Shown here one piece after another: positions 1 through 9,278 of a stretch of 64,000 nucleotides of DNA (the first letter of the stretch is position 1; each line of letters starts with the position of its first letter). The position numbers were made by a program, and so were the translations under genes. Under the pieces are notes generated by a model. That model saw only the letters and a program-made list of their open reading frames with translations. It did no database searches and was not told where the DNA came from. Origin of the DNA: Alphaproteobacteria bacterium (GTDB lineage Bacteria; Pseudomonadota; Alphaproteobacteria; UBA9219); the NCBI GenBank assembly GCA_034002905.1, contig JAVEZQ010000006.1, positions 8,337-72,336 of the forward strand, in the 5' to 3' direction.

Positions 1-560
1 CTAAAGAAGGTGAAGAGAAGGAAGGGCATAGTGGCGAGCAAAACTTCTGCTACTTCTCTGGGAAGCTTTTCCATAGAAAAACCAAAGACAAAGAAGCCGA
101 TGGCGAAAAGCCAGACGAAGGCGAGCCCTGCATGTCGTGCATAAGTCAGCAGCATCGGTGTTGCGAGCAAAAGCCAAAAGCCAACGGGTTGCCATAGGGG
201 TGCTTGTGTTTGGAGCGTTTGTCCAATCAAAGCAATAAAGGTCATCAACAATCCGGCAAGGAAGGAGATGAGAGCTTCACGTTGCCATGAAGGTTTGTTA
301 AAGAACTTCAGGATGATACCTGCCACTACCAGATTAAGAACGGTGTGACCGAGGATTCGCATGTCGGGCGTGATCTTGTCCCAGTTCGAAGCGATGAGAG
401 AAATAACGCCAAGAACGAGGCTGAGCACACCAAGCCCACCGAGGCCAAAGAACAGGCGGGAGCGCCCCTTTTCTTTTTCATAAGTCAGAATAGCTTCGAC
501 TTGCTGCGCTGAAATCAGCTGTTGATCCGACCAGTGCTTGAGTTTGTGTGTCAGGCCCAT
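1..560 (-). CDS. Integral membrane protein, DUF2157-like; the C-terminal part lies outside the window
   Basis: My own minus-strand translation from ATG 560-558 reads MGLTHKLKHWSDQQLISAQQVEAILTYEKEKGRSRLFFGLGGLGVLSLVLGVISLIASNW... The frame stays open to base 1, so it has no stop in the window and is missing from the ORF track. It has several hydrophobic helices, and the N-terminal W..Q.LIS..Q...IL.YE segment resembles DUF2157. The listed ORF 1..195 is another frame of the same stretch. Confidence 0.55.
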   Translation of the reverse strand, partial: MGLTHKLKHWSDQQLISAQQVEAILTYEKEKGRSRLFFGLGGLGVLSLVLGVISLIASNWDKITPDMRILGHTVLNLVVAGIILKFFNKPSWQREALISFLAGLLMTFIALIGQTLQTQAPLWQPVGFWLLLATPMLLTYARHAGLAFVWLFAIGFFVFGFSMEKLPREVAEVLLATMPFLLFTFF

Positions 561-638
561 GTGTCCCCGCTTGTTACAGGAGAGAAGGGCTCTATTGGGT
601 CAGAGAGGCCTTAAAACTTTGTTAAGGATTTGTTGCCG

Positions 639-3600
639 CTAGACTTCCATCATCTGCGGCGTATAGGTCCACAGGAGGAAGCACCGTACAGTGCGATTGG
701 GATAAATGGCGCGCAGGACGGTGCGGTACGCCTCCATTTGCGCACGATAGGGGGCAGGAATCCCGCTGCTGAGAAGAGGCGGGGGCCTGTTGGTTTTATA
801 GTCCACAATCCAGACCTCATTGCCGACAAAGGCCAGCCGGTCAACTTGCCCTGCGATCAGTCGGTTACCGCTTCGCCCGATCAGGGGCTGCTCGGCACGG
901 CTGTTAGGGCCAAAGAGGGGGGCGAAGCGTTTATCGCTTATAAGCCGCAGAACTTCTTCCTTAATCTCGGTTTGGGACTCTTGATTCAAAAGATGTGATG
1001 GGTTGGCCAGATAGGTTTGGGCCACTCGCTCGCGCCGCGCTGTTTCGATGTCCGGAAGGCTTTGTAATAAACGGTGGATGATCCGTCCTCGGGCAAAACG
1101 CTTATCTCCCGGAGATAGGGCCGCGGGCTCTAACGCTTCATCCTGCGCACTGGGGCGTGAGGGGACAAGCGGGCTTGGCGGATCGGGTTCTGGCATGGGC
1201 GGCACCATGGCCCATGCCGGTATGTTCGTGCTGGCGGGGACGTCGCGCTGTCTTTTTGATACGGGAAGTCGTGCGAGCGAAGCGGCATCGGCAACCACGA
1301 TGTGTGGTTGTATCACATCGCTGGTCTCGACAAATGCTTCTTCCTGATGAAGCGGGGCAAGAGCACTTTGGATAAGGCCATACCAGCTTTGCTTCCCGTT
1401 CGTCGTTGGAGCCGCCTCGTCGTCATCCTTGCGCGCGCGTTTTTCATAACCACCAATATAAAGCCGATCAGCGGCGCGTGTCAGCGCCACATACATCAGG
1501 CGCCGATGTTCCTGTAGCTTTCGTTCTAGGGCGCGATCACGCAAGGCTTTGAGCTGAAACACTTCCGTCTCGCGAGGAAGATAGAAGGGCAGGCCGGTCT
1601 TTTCATCCCACAGGAGCTTATCAATCTTGCTTTTGTCCGGAACGCTCAGAGTGTCAGGTAAAATGACGATGGGCGCTTCCAGCCCCTTGGACGCATGAAC
1701 GGTTGTAATGCGAACGCGTCCTTCGGGTTGTTCCAGTTCGCGTTTAATTTCCATGTCCGAGGAAACCACCCAATGCAGAAAACCTTGCAAAGATGGCGCG
1801 ATATGCTGGCTATAGGATTGCGCAACATTGAGCAATTCATCGATAGGATCTTCGGCATCGGGGCCGAGCCGGGCGGCAATAGCGCGGCGACCGCTCAGCG
1901 TATCGGCCGGACAAGGTGTTGATAAAATATGCACGAGTAAAGCCAGCGGCGGCAGCTGATCGGCTAAGGCCGCAAGGCTTTTAAGATAGGCGTGCCATCG
2001 GGCGAAGGGCTCGCGGCCCATTTGAACCAGTCGATCCCACAAAAAGCCTTCGCGTCCGACAGCGAGCGTCATCATCTCGTCTTCGCTGGCGCCAATCAAG
2101 GGGCCGCGTAAAACGCAGGCGAGGGTCAGATCATCTTCGGGTAAAAGCGTAAATTGCAGAAGGGCCGTCAGGTCCATAACTGCAAGTTGCTCGGTCAGCA
2201 TCATGCGGTCAACGCCAAAGACGTCAACATGTTTGTTCTTTAATTCGCGTACCAGATGATGAACAAAACGATCGCGCTGCTGGACAAGAACCATGATGTC
2301 GCCATATCCCATAGAGCGATTATTACCCAGCTTGGAATCATAGACCGTGAGTCCCCGTTCTACCCACTGACGGATTTGGGAGGCAACACGTGCTGCCATT
2401 TCAGCCGCAGGATCGTCGGCGGGTTCATAGGCCTGTGGAATATCCCATGAAACAGGTTCTTTCAGTCGTGTGGTGGATGGTTTCTCTTCGTCAGAGACGG
2501 CGTCTTCCTGCGAGTGTGATTTGAATAAAGGCCAGACTTCAACACGTCCTACGGCTTTTGTGCGGAAAGGCGTGTGGGTGATGGAGGCGTGCGCCACGCC
2601 GCGACGAACGGGTTCCGCGTCAAACACGGCATCTACGGCACGTAAAATCGCAGGGGCCGAGCGGAAGGAGATGTTAAGCGGCTCCTGATGCAATCCTTCG
2701 GGAAGTGCTTCGGCAATTCTTTCATTGAAATAAGTGCGCATGCGCTCGAACTCGTCGGGATCGGCACCCAGAAAGCTATAGATCGACTGCTTTTCGTCGC
2801 CGACCACAAAAAGGGTTCGATTGATGCCGCTTCGCGCCGTCTCGCCGACAAAATACTCATCGGCCAGAATTTTGACGATTTGCCATTGCGCCGGATTTGT
2901 GTCCTGCCCCTCATCGACCAGCATATGGTCAATGCCGCCGTCGAGTTTGTAAAGAACCCATTGGGCTTTGTTTTCGCGGGAAAGCAGGGTGACGGTGCGT
3001 GCGATCAAGTCATCATAATCCAGAAGGCCACGCTGTGTTTTGCGTTTTGTGTACTCTTCGACAATAAAAAGCCCAAGATGCAGGACGGCGGCGGTTTCCG
3101 TTGCGCATTGCGCGCGGTTGAGGCTATCCAGAACCTTGACAAGGCGTTGTGTTTCTTGCGCGATCACCTCTTGAACAGAAGGATCGGCTTTTTTGACAGG
3201 CGCATCGGGAACATGGGCTCTTGGCTTGCCGTCTTTGGTCAGAAGCGCGTCGATATAGTTATCCAACGTCGCCGCGCGTGCGCGCGCATCAAGTGCCAGC
3301 CATTGTAGCATTTTCCTGCCAGCTTCGCTTGATTTGGTCCCACCTTTTTCGACAAGAAGTTGTGCCGCGTGCAGTAACGCTTTGCGCTCAAAGTTTTTCT
3401 CTTGCGCTGCTTTTCTCATAAGCGAGGAAAGAGTTTCGCCGGGATCGAGCCCAAGGGCTTGGTGAATAGAGGCGCACAGTGTATCAAGGCTGCCATGAAG
3501 CTCTATCGCGGTGTTCAGGCGTTTATATTGCTTTTTGACATCCTCGATCCGCGCCGTAAGTGTGCTTTGGGCAAGAGATGTGGAAAGGGTGGCAAAGGCC

Positions 3601-4175
3601 TGCACAATGGACTTGCGGCCTCCTTGCGCGATGGTTTGCAAGGCATTGTTAAAAACGTTCTGCCACAGGGCTTGGGCTTCGGCTTCCTCCATGACGGTGA
3701 ATTGGGGGGGCAGCCCGGCTTCCAAAGGAAACCGTCCAAGGATTTCTTGAGCAAAGGAATGGATGGTCTGGATTCGCATGCCGCCCGGACATTGCAAGAC
3801 GGTTGCGAACAAACGGCGAGCAAGGGCCCTTTGGGACGGCGAAGACGGCACGCCTTGCAACTTGTCAAGTTCTTGCTCGAGCGCTTGTTCGCTGCACGTA
3901 GCCCAAAGCGACAAGCGATTGGTGATACGGATGGCCATTTCGGCTGCGGCGGCACGCGTAAAGGTGAGACATAAAATTCTTTCAGGTCTCACGCCATCAA
4001 GCAAAAGGCGTGTGACGCGGTCAGCCAAAACTTTTGTCTTTCCTGAGCCGGCGGAGGCGCTGACCCAGACGCTTTGATGCGGATCGGATGCGCGTTGCTG
4101 CGCGGCATCGACATCGATCAAGCGTCCTCCTTGTTGCAGGTCTTTGACGATAGGCGAGGTTGACTTTGCGCTCAT
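639..4175 (-). CDS. addA: Double-strand break repair helicase-nuclease AddA (UvrD-like helicase plus C-terminal PD-(D/E)XK nuclease)
   Basis: The ORF is 1187 aa. It has a Walker A motif (SAGSGKTKVL) and a C-terminal nuclease motif (GQVDRL...IVDYKTN), and it lies directly downstream of addB. I chose the ATG at 4175, which overlaps the addB stop as ATGA. The ORF-track start at 4202 is 9 codons further upstream. Confidence 0.9.
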   Translation of the reverse strand: MSAKSTSPIVKDLQQGGRLIDVDAAQQRASDPHQSVWVSASAGSGKTKVLADRVTRLLLDGVRPERILCLTFTRAAAAEMAIRITNRLSLWATCSEQALEQELDKLQGVPSSPSQRALARRLFATVLQCPGGMRIQTIHSFAQEILGRFPLEAGLPPQFTVMEEAEAQALWQNVFNNALQTIAQGGRKSIVQAFATLSTSLAQSTLTARIEDVKKQYKRLNTAIELHGSLDTLCASIHQALGLDPGETLSSLMRKAAQEKNFERKALLHAAQLLVEKGGTKSSEAGRKMLQWLALDARARAATLDNYIDALLTKDGKPRAHVPDAPVKKADPSVQEVIAQETQRLVKVLDSLNRAQCATETAAVLHLGLFIVEEYTKRKTQRGLLDYDDLIARTVTLLSRENKAQWVLYKLDGGIDHMLVDEGQDTNPAQWQIVKILADEYFVGETARSGINRTLFVVGDEKQSIYSFLGADPDEFERMRTYFNERIAEALPEGLHQEPLNISFRSAPAILRAVDAVFDAEPVRRGVAHASITHTPFRTKAVGRVEVWPLFKSHSQEDAVSDEEKPSTTRLKEPVSWDIPQAYEPADDPAAEMAARVASQIRQWVERGLTVYDSKLGNNRSMGYGDIMVLVQQRDRFVHHLVRELKNKHVDVFGVDRMMLTEQLAVMDLTALLQFTLLPEDDLTLACVLRGPLIGASEDEMMTLAVGREGFLWDRLVQMGREPFARWHAYLKSLAALADQLPPLALLVHILSTPCPADTLSGRRAIAARLGPDAEDPIDELLNVAQSYSQHIAPSLQGFLHWVVSSDMEIKRELEQPEGRVRITTVHASKGLEAPIVILPDTLSVPDKSKIDKLLWDEKTGLPFYLPRETEVFQLKALRDRALERKLQEHRRLMYVALTRAADRLYIGGYEKRARKDDDEAAPTTNGKQSWYGLIQSALAPLHQEEAFVETSDVIQPHIVVADAASLARLPVSKRQRDVPASTNIPAWAMVPPMPEPDPPSPLVPSRPSAQDEALEPAALSPGDKRFARGRIIHRLLQSLPDIETARRERVAQTYLANPSHLLNQESQTEIKEEVLRLISDKRFAPLFGPNSRAEQPLIGRSGNRLIAGQVDRLAFVGNEVWIVDYKTNRPPPLLSSGIPAPYRAQMEAYRTVLRAIYPNRTVRCFLLWTYTPQMMEV

Positions 4176-7102
4176 GACGCGTCCTCTCGCCCGCGCAGCC
4201 ATTCGGCGGCCCGCGCCAGATGGGCATAGTCATTATATTTCATGGCCAGACGCGGATTGGGTTCGGCGCGATAGGGCATGCGCGGGTTTTGATAAAGACG
4301 CACGAGTGTTTCAAGGCCTTCGCTTGCTTTTTCGACCTGTTTCAGGATCGTGTTGCTGCGGCTCTGAACAATTTTGCTTTCGTTTTTTTCTGATAAGGCC
4401 CAATAGGCAAAGTCGGCGGGTACCAGCTTTTTGCCATCGGTGAAGGCGCCATCAAGCGCCATCCGTGCGAGCAAGGGAAGCTGGGGTTCATGTCCGGCAA
4501 AGACTTGCTTTTTTGTCGGAATAGTCCCGGTTTTGTAATCGATAATCGAAGCGTCACCTTCGGGGGTGAGGTCGATGCGATCCACCCGTCCGCGCAAGGA
4601 AAAGACGCCGTCAATGACCTTGATCACGCCATCGCCTTCGATGATATGGGGGCGATAGCCTTCTTCGTAACGTTGGACTTCATGAACAACAAACCAATCG
4701 GCCAAACGCTCAAAACGCGGCCACCAAAAGGCCCGCACTTGGGGTCTGTCGGCAAGGGCCGAAAAAACCGTCTCTCCGATTTCAAGCAGCCTTTCTAGAG
4801 GGGGCACGGCTTTAGCCTTGATCTCTTCGCGAACAAAGAGCTCAAGCGCCTTGTGGATGAGGTTGCCATAATCCGAAGCTGCAACGTCGGCGTCGATGAG
4901 GTCAAGTTTTTTGAGCTTGAGGATATGCTTGGCGTATATCGCATAGGGGTTGCGATACCACGTGCCTATTTCTGTTACCGAAAGCTGCCGTGGTCGAATA
5001 GATGGCGGAGGCAGGGGCTCCGGCGGGGCCATGGGGAATTCTTGCGCGGGACGATCAAGCGCTTGCGCCCATTCATGCCAAGGGAGATCGGGCGTAAAAA
5101 GTTGGTTTGGGTCATAGCCTGCGGCACGCGTGACAGCCTCGACTTGTAGCCAGAAACGCGACGGAACGGCGGGCGATCCCCCAACACGCCGCGCACGCGT
5201 GACCATCACTTCCGGCATAGCCGCAAGTTGGGCGAAATCATGGGCGGACAGGCCAACGCGCCGTTCAGGAAGCGGCAAACCGAAATCGCGCTTCATGGGA
5301 CGAGAGAGCCATGGATCGATGGCGGGTGCTGGTGGCCAGATGTCTTCGCTCATGCCACCCAGAAGGCAAACATCAAAATGGATCAATCGCGCCTCGAGCG
5401 GCCCGAGAATGTTCAGACGGGGGTGATGACCATAACGTGGTCTGACCGGCACTTGGTGGAGCAACGCTGTAAAAAGGGCAGCATAATCGCCGCCGGTCAA
5501 ATCGGGCATCTGCGCGCTTGCGGCGCGCCAGGCTTCCAACCATATCACGGCGGCTTCTCCGGCTTCGCCGCGCCACAGACGATCCGCACCGTCCTGCTGC
5601 GGGGTTGTTGCCATATGCTGCGCGAGGCTAATGTGCGCCTCAATTCGCTCTGTTAGGGGGCGCTTGTCCCGCCAGTTTTCCTGAAGCGGCTTAAAGTGGT
5701 TTGCAATCTTTTCGAGCCACAGGCCGATGTCCAGTTGCTCTTGTTTCATATGAGCTGCGGCGCCGTCCCACCCATCGGCACGTCGCACGCCTCGCCAAAG
5801 GGCCCGTTCCGTCAGTCGCGTATAGCGTCGACACCAGATGGGATCAAGCCCTGCGGCTGCCAAGGGATGTTTGAGAAGGGAGAGGTAGGCGATGGCACTT
5901 GCGTCCGGCTCGGCGGCGGCAAGGATGTTGCTTAAAAAGCTGCCGACGGGCCACTGATCCAGCGGCGTACCGGCCGAGTCATTGACATCAATATCCCATC
6001 GCTTGAGCGTTGCTGCAACGCGCGCTGCAAGGGCCCGATCCGGCGTCACAAGCGCGGCTGTTTTGTGTGGTGTTTCCAAGATTTCACGCAAACGCAGGGC
6101 GAGGACATCTGCTTCTTGCCGCACCGTGTCGAGCGTGAGAAAAGACAGCCCCTTGAGCGCGTCCTTTGGCAAGGTGTTTTGATCAAGGTGTAGCCATTGA
6201 TCTGTGGTGTTGGCAGGACGCAAGGCTTCGCGCAGCAAGGACAGGCGATGGGGGTTTTGTTCTCCTTCTTCATCTTGCCAGAGACGCACATCGGCAGGCG
6301 TAAAGCCATTTTGCGCCAGCCAGTGGTGCATGGTGAATTGTGGATGCGTTTCTTCGATCTCTTCGCGTGTCTCTGGATCCAGCGCGCGGTCAAAGCCGGG
6401 CAGGATTACCTCGCCCTGTTCTAGTCGGGCAATCGCAGCCATCATCGCGCCAACGGCTGGATGTGATCCCGTCGATCCTGCCGCGATAATGGGTGTTTCC
6501 GGCGGCATGGCTTGCCATGTTTCGACTTGTCGCTTCATGATCAGGGCGCGGCGCTGGGCGGGATCGATACATCCTTCTTCTTCTAAAATGGCGGGCCATG
6601 TGTCGAACAGGATCGACAAAAAATCGAGCGTCTCTTTCCAATGATCGGACAGATAATCGGGGACGATATGGTGTAGGGCCGATAAATCCAGCCCTTCTGT
6701 GTGGACTTGATCCAAGAGAAGCCCAAGCGATTGTGCCAAGCCGGTCGCTTGTTCATAGGGCAGCGTTGGGTCTTTGGCTAGAATGCAGCGGATCAACAAC
6801 ATCTGCCGACGGAGCGGCGTGATCGCGGGCGGGATGTCATCCTGTTCTTGAACAGACGTGAAGTCCAGATCCTCTTCGTCAACATCGCCAAGGGGGCGCA
6901 TGCGGGGAAGAAGGGCAGCCCCTGCTTCTGTTACGCGCAGAAAGGCCTCGCGGAGCGCACGTCCTGCACGGCGGGTGGGCAGGTAGATCATCATTTGTGA
7001 AAGGGCAAGCGGGTCGCCTTCTGTTTGTTCCCACAACCCTTGCGCCAAGGTTGTGACGAAGCAGCGATCAGGTGGGATCGTGAAAATACCGCTCATTCCC
7101 AC
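4172..7102 (-). CDS. addB: Double-strand break repair protein AddB (alphaproteobacterial type)
   Basis: 976 aa with a C-terminal RecB-family nuclease motif (GRVDRIDL...IIDYKTG). It is paired with addA and overlaps the upstream nucleotidyltransferase gene by 10 nt. The order tsaE, kinase, nucleotidyltransferase, addB, addA is the conserved alphaproteobacterial arrangement. Confidence 0.88.
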   Translation of the reverse strand: MGMSGIFTIPPDRCFVTTLAQGLWEQTEGDPLALSQMMIYLPTRRAGRALREAFLRVTEAGAALLPRMRPLGDVDEEDLDFTSVQEQDDIPPAITPLRRQMLLIRCILAKDPTLPYEQATGLAQSLGLLLDQVHTEGLDLSALHHIVPDYLSDHWKETLDFLSILFDTWPAILEEEGCIDPAQRRALIMKRQVETWQAMPPETPIIAAGSTGSHPAVGAMMAAIARLEQGEVILPGFDRALDPETREEIEETHPQFTMHHWLAQNGFTPADVRLWQDEEGEQNPHRLSLLREALRPANTTDQWLHLDQNTLPKDALKGLSFLTLDTVRQEADVLALRLREILETPHKTAALVTPDRALAARVAATLKRWDIDVNDSAGTPLDQWPVGSFLSNILAAAEPDASAIAYLSLLKHPLAAAGLDPIWCRRYTRLTERALWRGVRRADGWDGAAAHMKQEQLDIGLWLEKIANHFKPLQENWRDKRPLTERIEAHISLAQHMATTPQQDGADRLWRGEAGEAAVIWLEAWRAASAQMPDLTGGDYAALFTALLHQVPVRPRYGHHPRLNILGPLEARLIHFDVCLLGGMSEDIWPPAPAIDPWLSRPMKRDFGLPLPERRVGLSAHDFAQLAAMPEVMVTRARRVGGSPAVPSRFWLQVEAVTRAAGYDPNQLFTPDLPWHEWAQALDRPAQEFPMAPPEPLPPPSIRPRQLSVTEIGTWYRNPYAIYAKHILKLKKLDLIDADVAASDYGNLIHKALELFVREEIKAKAVPPLERLLEIGETVFSALADRPQVRAFWWPRFERLADWFVVHEVQRYEEGYRPHIIEGDGVIKVIDGVFSLRGRVDRIDLTPEGDASIIDYKTGTIPTKKQVFAGHEPQLPLLARMALDGAFTDGKKLVPADFAYWALSEKNESKIVQSRSNTILKQVEKASEGLETLVRLYQNPRMPYRAEPNPRLAMKYNDYAHLARAAEWLRGREDAS

Positions 7103-7836
7103 CCCGTATTTGTGTCGAGCAGCCTGTTGGCCTCTTTTAAATCTTCGGGCGTGCCCACGTGGTAACAGGTTCCATTGTGTTCGATCCCGTAAAAACGTCC
7201 TGACTGTTCCATACGATCAAAGATCACGTTATTGGAAAAAGCTTGCGGTAGAGATTCATCATATACGGATGGATTTAGGATCATCGTTGAAATCCAGACA
7301 TAGGGACGCGGCAATGGTGCGTTCTTGCGCCAAAGCTTGCCGTTTTGTTCCATCACAAAGTCGCCTTTTGCCTTATCAAAGCCTCTGGCCTTGCTGGTGG
7401 GGAAAAGGAGCATTAGCCCGTCCATTTTGGCAGAGTCCCATGCGCGCGCCATGCGGATGAGGGTGGGATCGGGGCCATCAAGCACAGGCATATCACCGCC
7501 TAAAACGAAGAAGGGCTTGCCGCCAAAGAAAGGAAGGGCTTTTTTAACGCCGCCACCTGTGTCCAGAATAGCATCTTCACGCGAGAAAATGGTTTCTATA
7601 TCTGTGCGCGCAGTTAAATGATGTTCAATCTGATCGGCCAGATAATGCCCGTTCACAACAACGCGACGTAGGCCAAAAGCCTTGAGCTTGTCGATCGCCA
7701 GATCCAGCATGCTGCGGCCGCCGACAGACAAAAGGGGCTTTGGTGTTGTGTTTGTGAGGGGGCGCATGCGCATGCCAAATCCGGCCGCCAAGATCATGGC
7801 GGTATCGGAAAGGAATGGAAATGCGCTGGGGACCAT
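7093..7836 (-). CDS. Sugar-phosphate nucleotidyltransferase (MurU-like)
   Basis: 247 aa with the N-terminal nucleotidyltransferase signature AMILAAGFGMRMRPLTNTTPKPLL. It sits downstream of the kinase-like gene, as in AmgK/MurU-type pairs. The specific substrate is inferred only from family and synteny. Confidence 0.75.
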   Translation of the reverse strand: MVPSAFPFLSDTAMILAAGFGMRMRPLTNTTPKPLLSVGGRSMLDLAIDKLKAFGLRRVVVNGHYLADQIEHHLTARTDIETIFSREDAILDTGGGVKKALPFFGGKPFFVLGGDMPVLDGPDPTLIRMARAWDSAKMDGLMLLFPTSKARGFDKAKGDFVMEQNGKLWRKNAPLPRPYVWISTMILNPSVYDESLPQAFSNNVIFDRMEQSGRFYGIEHNGTCYHVGTPEDLKEANRLLDTNTGWE

Positions 7837-7848
7837 ATTTATCTCCCC

Positions 7849-8814
7849 TTATTGTGGTGGAGGACATGAAAGAAACCAGTGACGAACTGGCGTAAGGGCC
7901 GGAACCTTGAGAAGGGCTTGAAGAGTACGCCAGACACGTGGGATGTGATCGAGTCGATTAAGCTTGACCAGTATGCCGAGAATTCGCGTGTGTCGTTGTG
8001 CGGCATAAACCTGTGTTGCGGCAAGCAAGGTGTCAAAGGACACCATATTGTTAAGCGTACAATAGCTTTGAACAACGTCTTCCATCTGTGAAAGTCCTCC
8101 ATCGCGTCGAACTTCTTCGCACCAGGAGGCGAGGTCATAAGCGATGCAGCCAAGACCTGCGTCTTGAAAGTCGATCAAGCCAACAGTTTCGCCCATAACC
8201 GGTTGAGGCAAAAGCATCATGTTATCGGGCATAAAGTCGCGCAGAAGCAAGGAACGGGGTAAGGAATCGAGTGGTGAAAGAACTTGATGCCACGCACTAG
8301 CGAATAAAGCTCGCTCCCGGACTGTGGCCGAACGCCGGAAAAGGCGAGGATAATAATAGTCCAGAAACAAGGCCGCTTGTTCGGAAAACAGTGCGGCGTT
8401 GAAAAAAGAAGTTTTGAACGCTCCCAGCATGGTCTCGCGAAAGTCTTTATGGATGCGGGCTAGAATGCTGACGGCCTGCGCATCAAAAAAGGACCGGTCA
8501 CGCCCCGCATCCAGAAGTTGGCCGACATTCTCCGTCCCGAAATCTTCCATCAAAACCAGACCGCGTATGATGTCGCTGGCATAGATGGTCGGCGCGGCTA
8601 TGCCCAGACGACGAAGGAGCGTCGAAAGATGCACAAAGGCGTCGGTGTGCGTGTCTGTACCTGCATCCATCAGGATGACCGAAGAGGGATGCCCCCCTTC
8701 GCGTGTGAGCCGCATAAAGGTACGTGAAGAAAAGTCGGCAGGGACATGATCCAGACAATAATCTTCCCAACCCGCATCCCGAATAAAGGAAAGTCGTTCC
8801 GCCTCAGTTGCCAT
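7849..8814 (-). CDS. Aminoglycoside/choline-kinase-family phosphotransferase (AmgK-like)
   Basis: 321 aa with a catalytic-loop-like LLLRDFMPDNMM and a DFG-like LIDFQDAG. It overlaps tsaE by 11 nt. The function is inferred from the fold family and the conserved neighbourhood. Confidence 0.7.
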   Translation of the reverse strand: MATEAERLSFIRDAGWEDYCLDHVPADFSSRTFMRLTREGGHPSSVILMDAGTDTHTDAFVHLSTLLRRLGIAAPTIYASDIIRGLVLMEDFGTENVGQLLDAGRDRSFFDAQAVSILARIHKDFRETMLGAFKTSFFNAALFSEQAALFLDYYYPRLFRRSATVRERALFASAWHQVLSPLDSLPRSLLLRDFMPDNMMLLPQPVMGETVGLIDFQDAGLGCIAYDLASWCEEVRRDGGLSQMEDVVQSYCTLNNMVSFDTLLAATQVYAAQRHTRILGILVKLNRLDHIPRVWRTLQALLKVPALTPVRHWFLSCPPPQ

Positions 8815-9265
8815 TTGTGAATTCCCTGGCTATTTTGTTCGACCAACGTGGAGATAGCGCTTCTATATCAACAAAACGCTCTTGCTTGCTACCGAAAACG
8901 AAAGTCAATTGTAACGCGTCACCGGGCATATAGCCGGAGGCTTTCTCGGGCCATTCGACGAGAACTGCCCCATCAGCAACAGCTTCATCAAAGCCAATTT
9001 CCTCGATTTCTTCGGGCGTCTTTAATCGATAAAGATCGAAATGGGAAAGACGTAATTTTGACAAATCATAAGATTGAACGAGGGTAAAGGTCGGGCTTGG
9101 AACGTCGCCTTTGTGACCCATTGCCCAAAGAAGATAGCGGGCAAAGGTTGACTTACCCGTGCCCAATTCGCCTTTAAGGAGCAAGACATCACCCACATCA
9201 AGTAACGGAGCAATCTTTTGCGCCAGTTTTTCGGTTTGGTTGAGAGAGGAAAGGGAAACTTTCAC
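8804..9265 (-). CDS. tsaE: tRNA t6A37 threonylcarbamoyl-transfer ATPase TsaE
   Basis: It carries the P-loop LLLKGELGTGKSTFARYLL and is a typical ~150 aa. The ORF-track start at 9526 runs into the kinase gene. A GTG at 9265 with an upstream AAAGGA lies 14 nt after the kinase stop and gives 153 aa. Confidence 0.85.
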   Translation of the reverse strand: MKVSLSSLNQTEKLAQKIAPLLDVGDVLLLKGELGTGKSTFARYLLWAMGHKGDVPSPTFTLVQSYDLSKLRLSHFDLYRLKTPEEIEEIGFDEAVADGAVLVEWPEKASGYMPGDALQLTFVFGSKQERFVDIEALSPRWSNKIAREFTNGN

Positions 9266-9278
9266 TTCTATCCATCCT

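Noticed and set aside
1-195. A 64-aa ORF at the window edge
   Set aside because: It is a different frame of the longer open frame 1-560, which encodes a coherent multi-TM protein. Its own product is Arg/Cys/Leu-rich noise.
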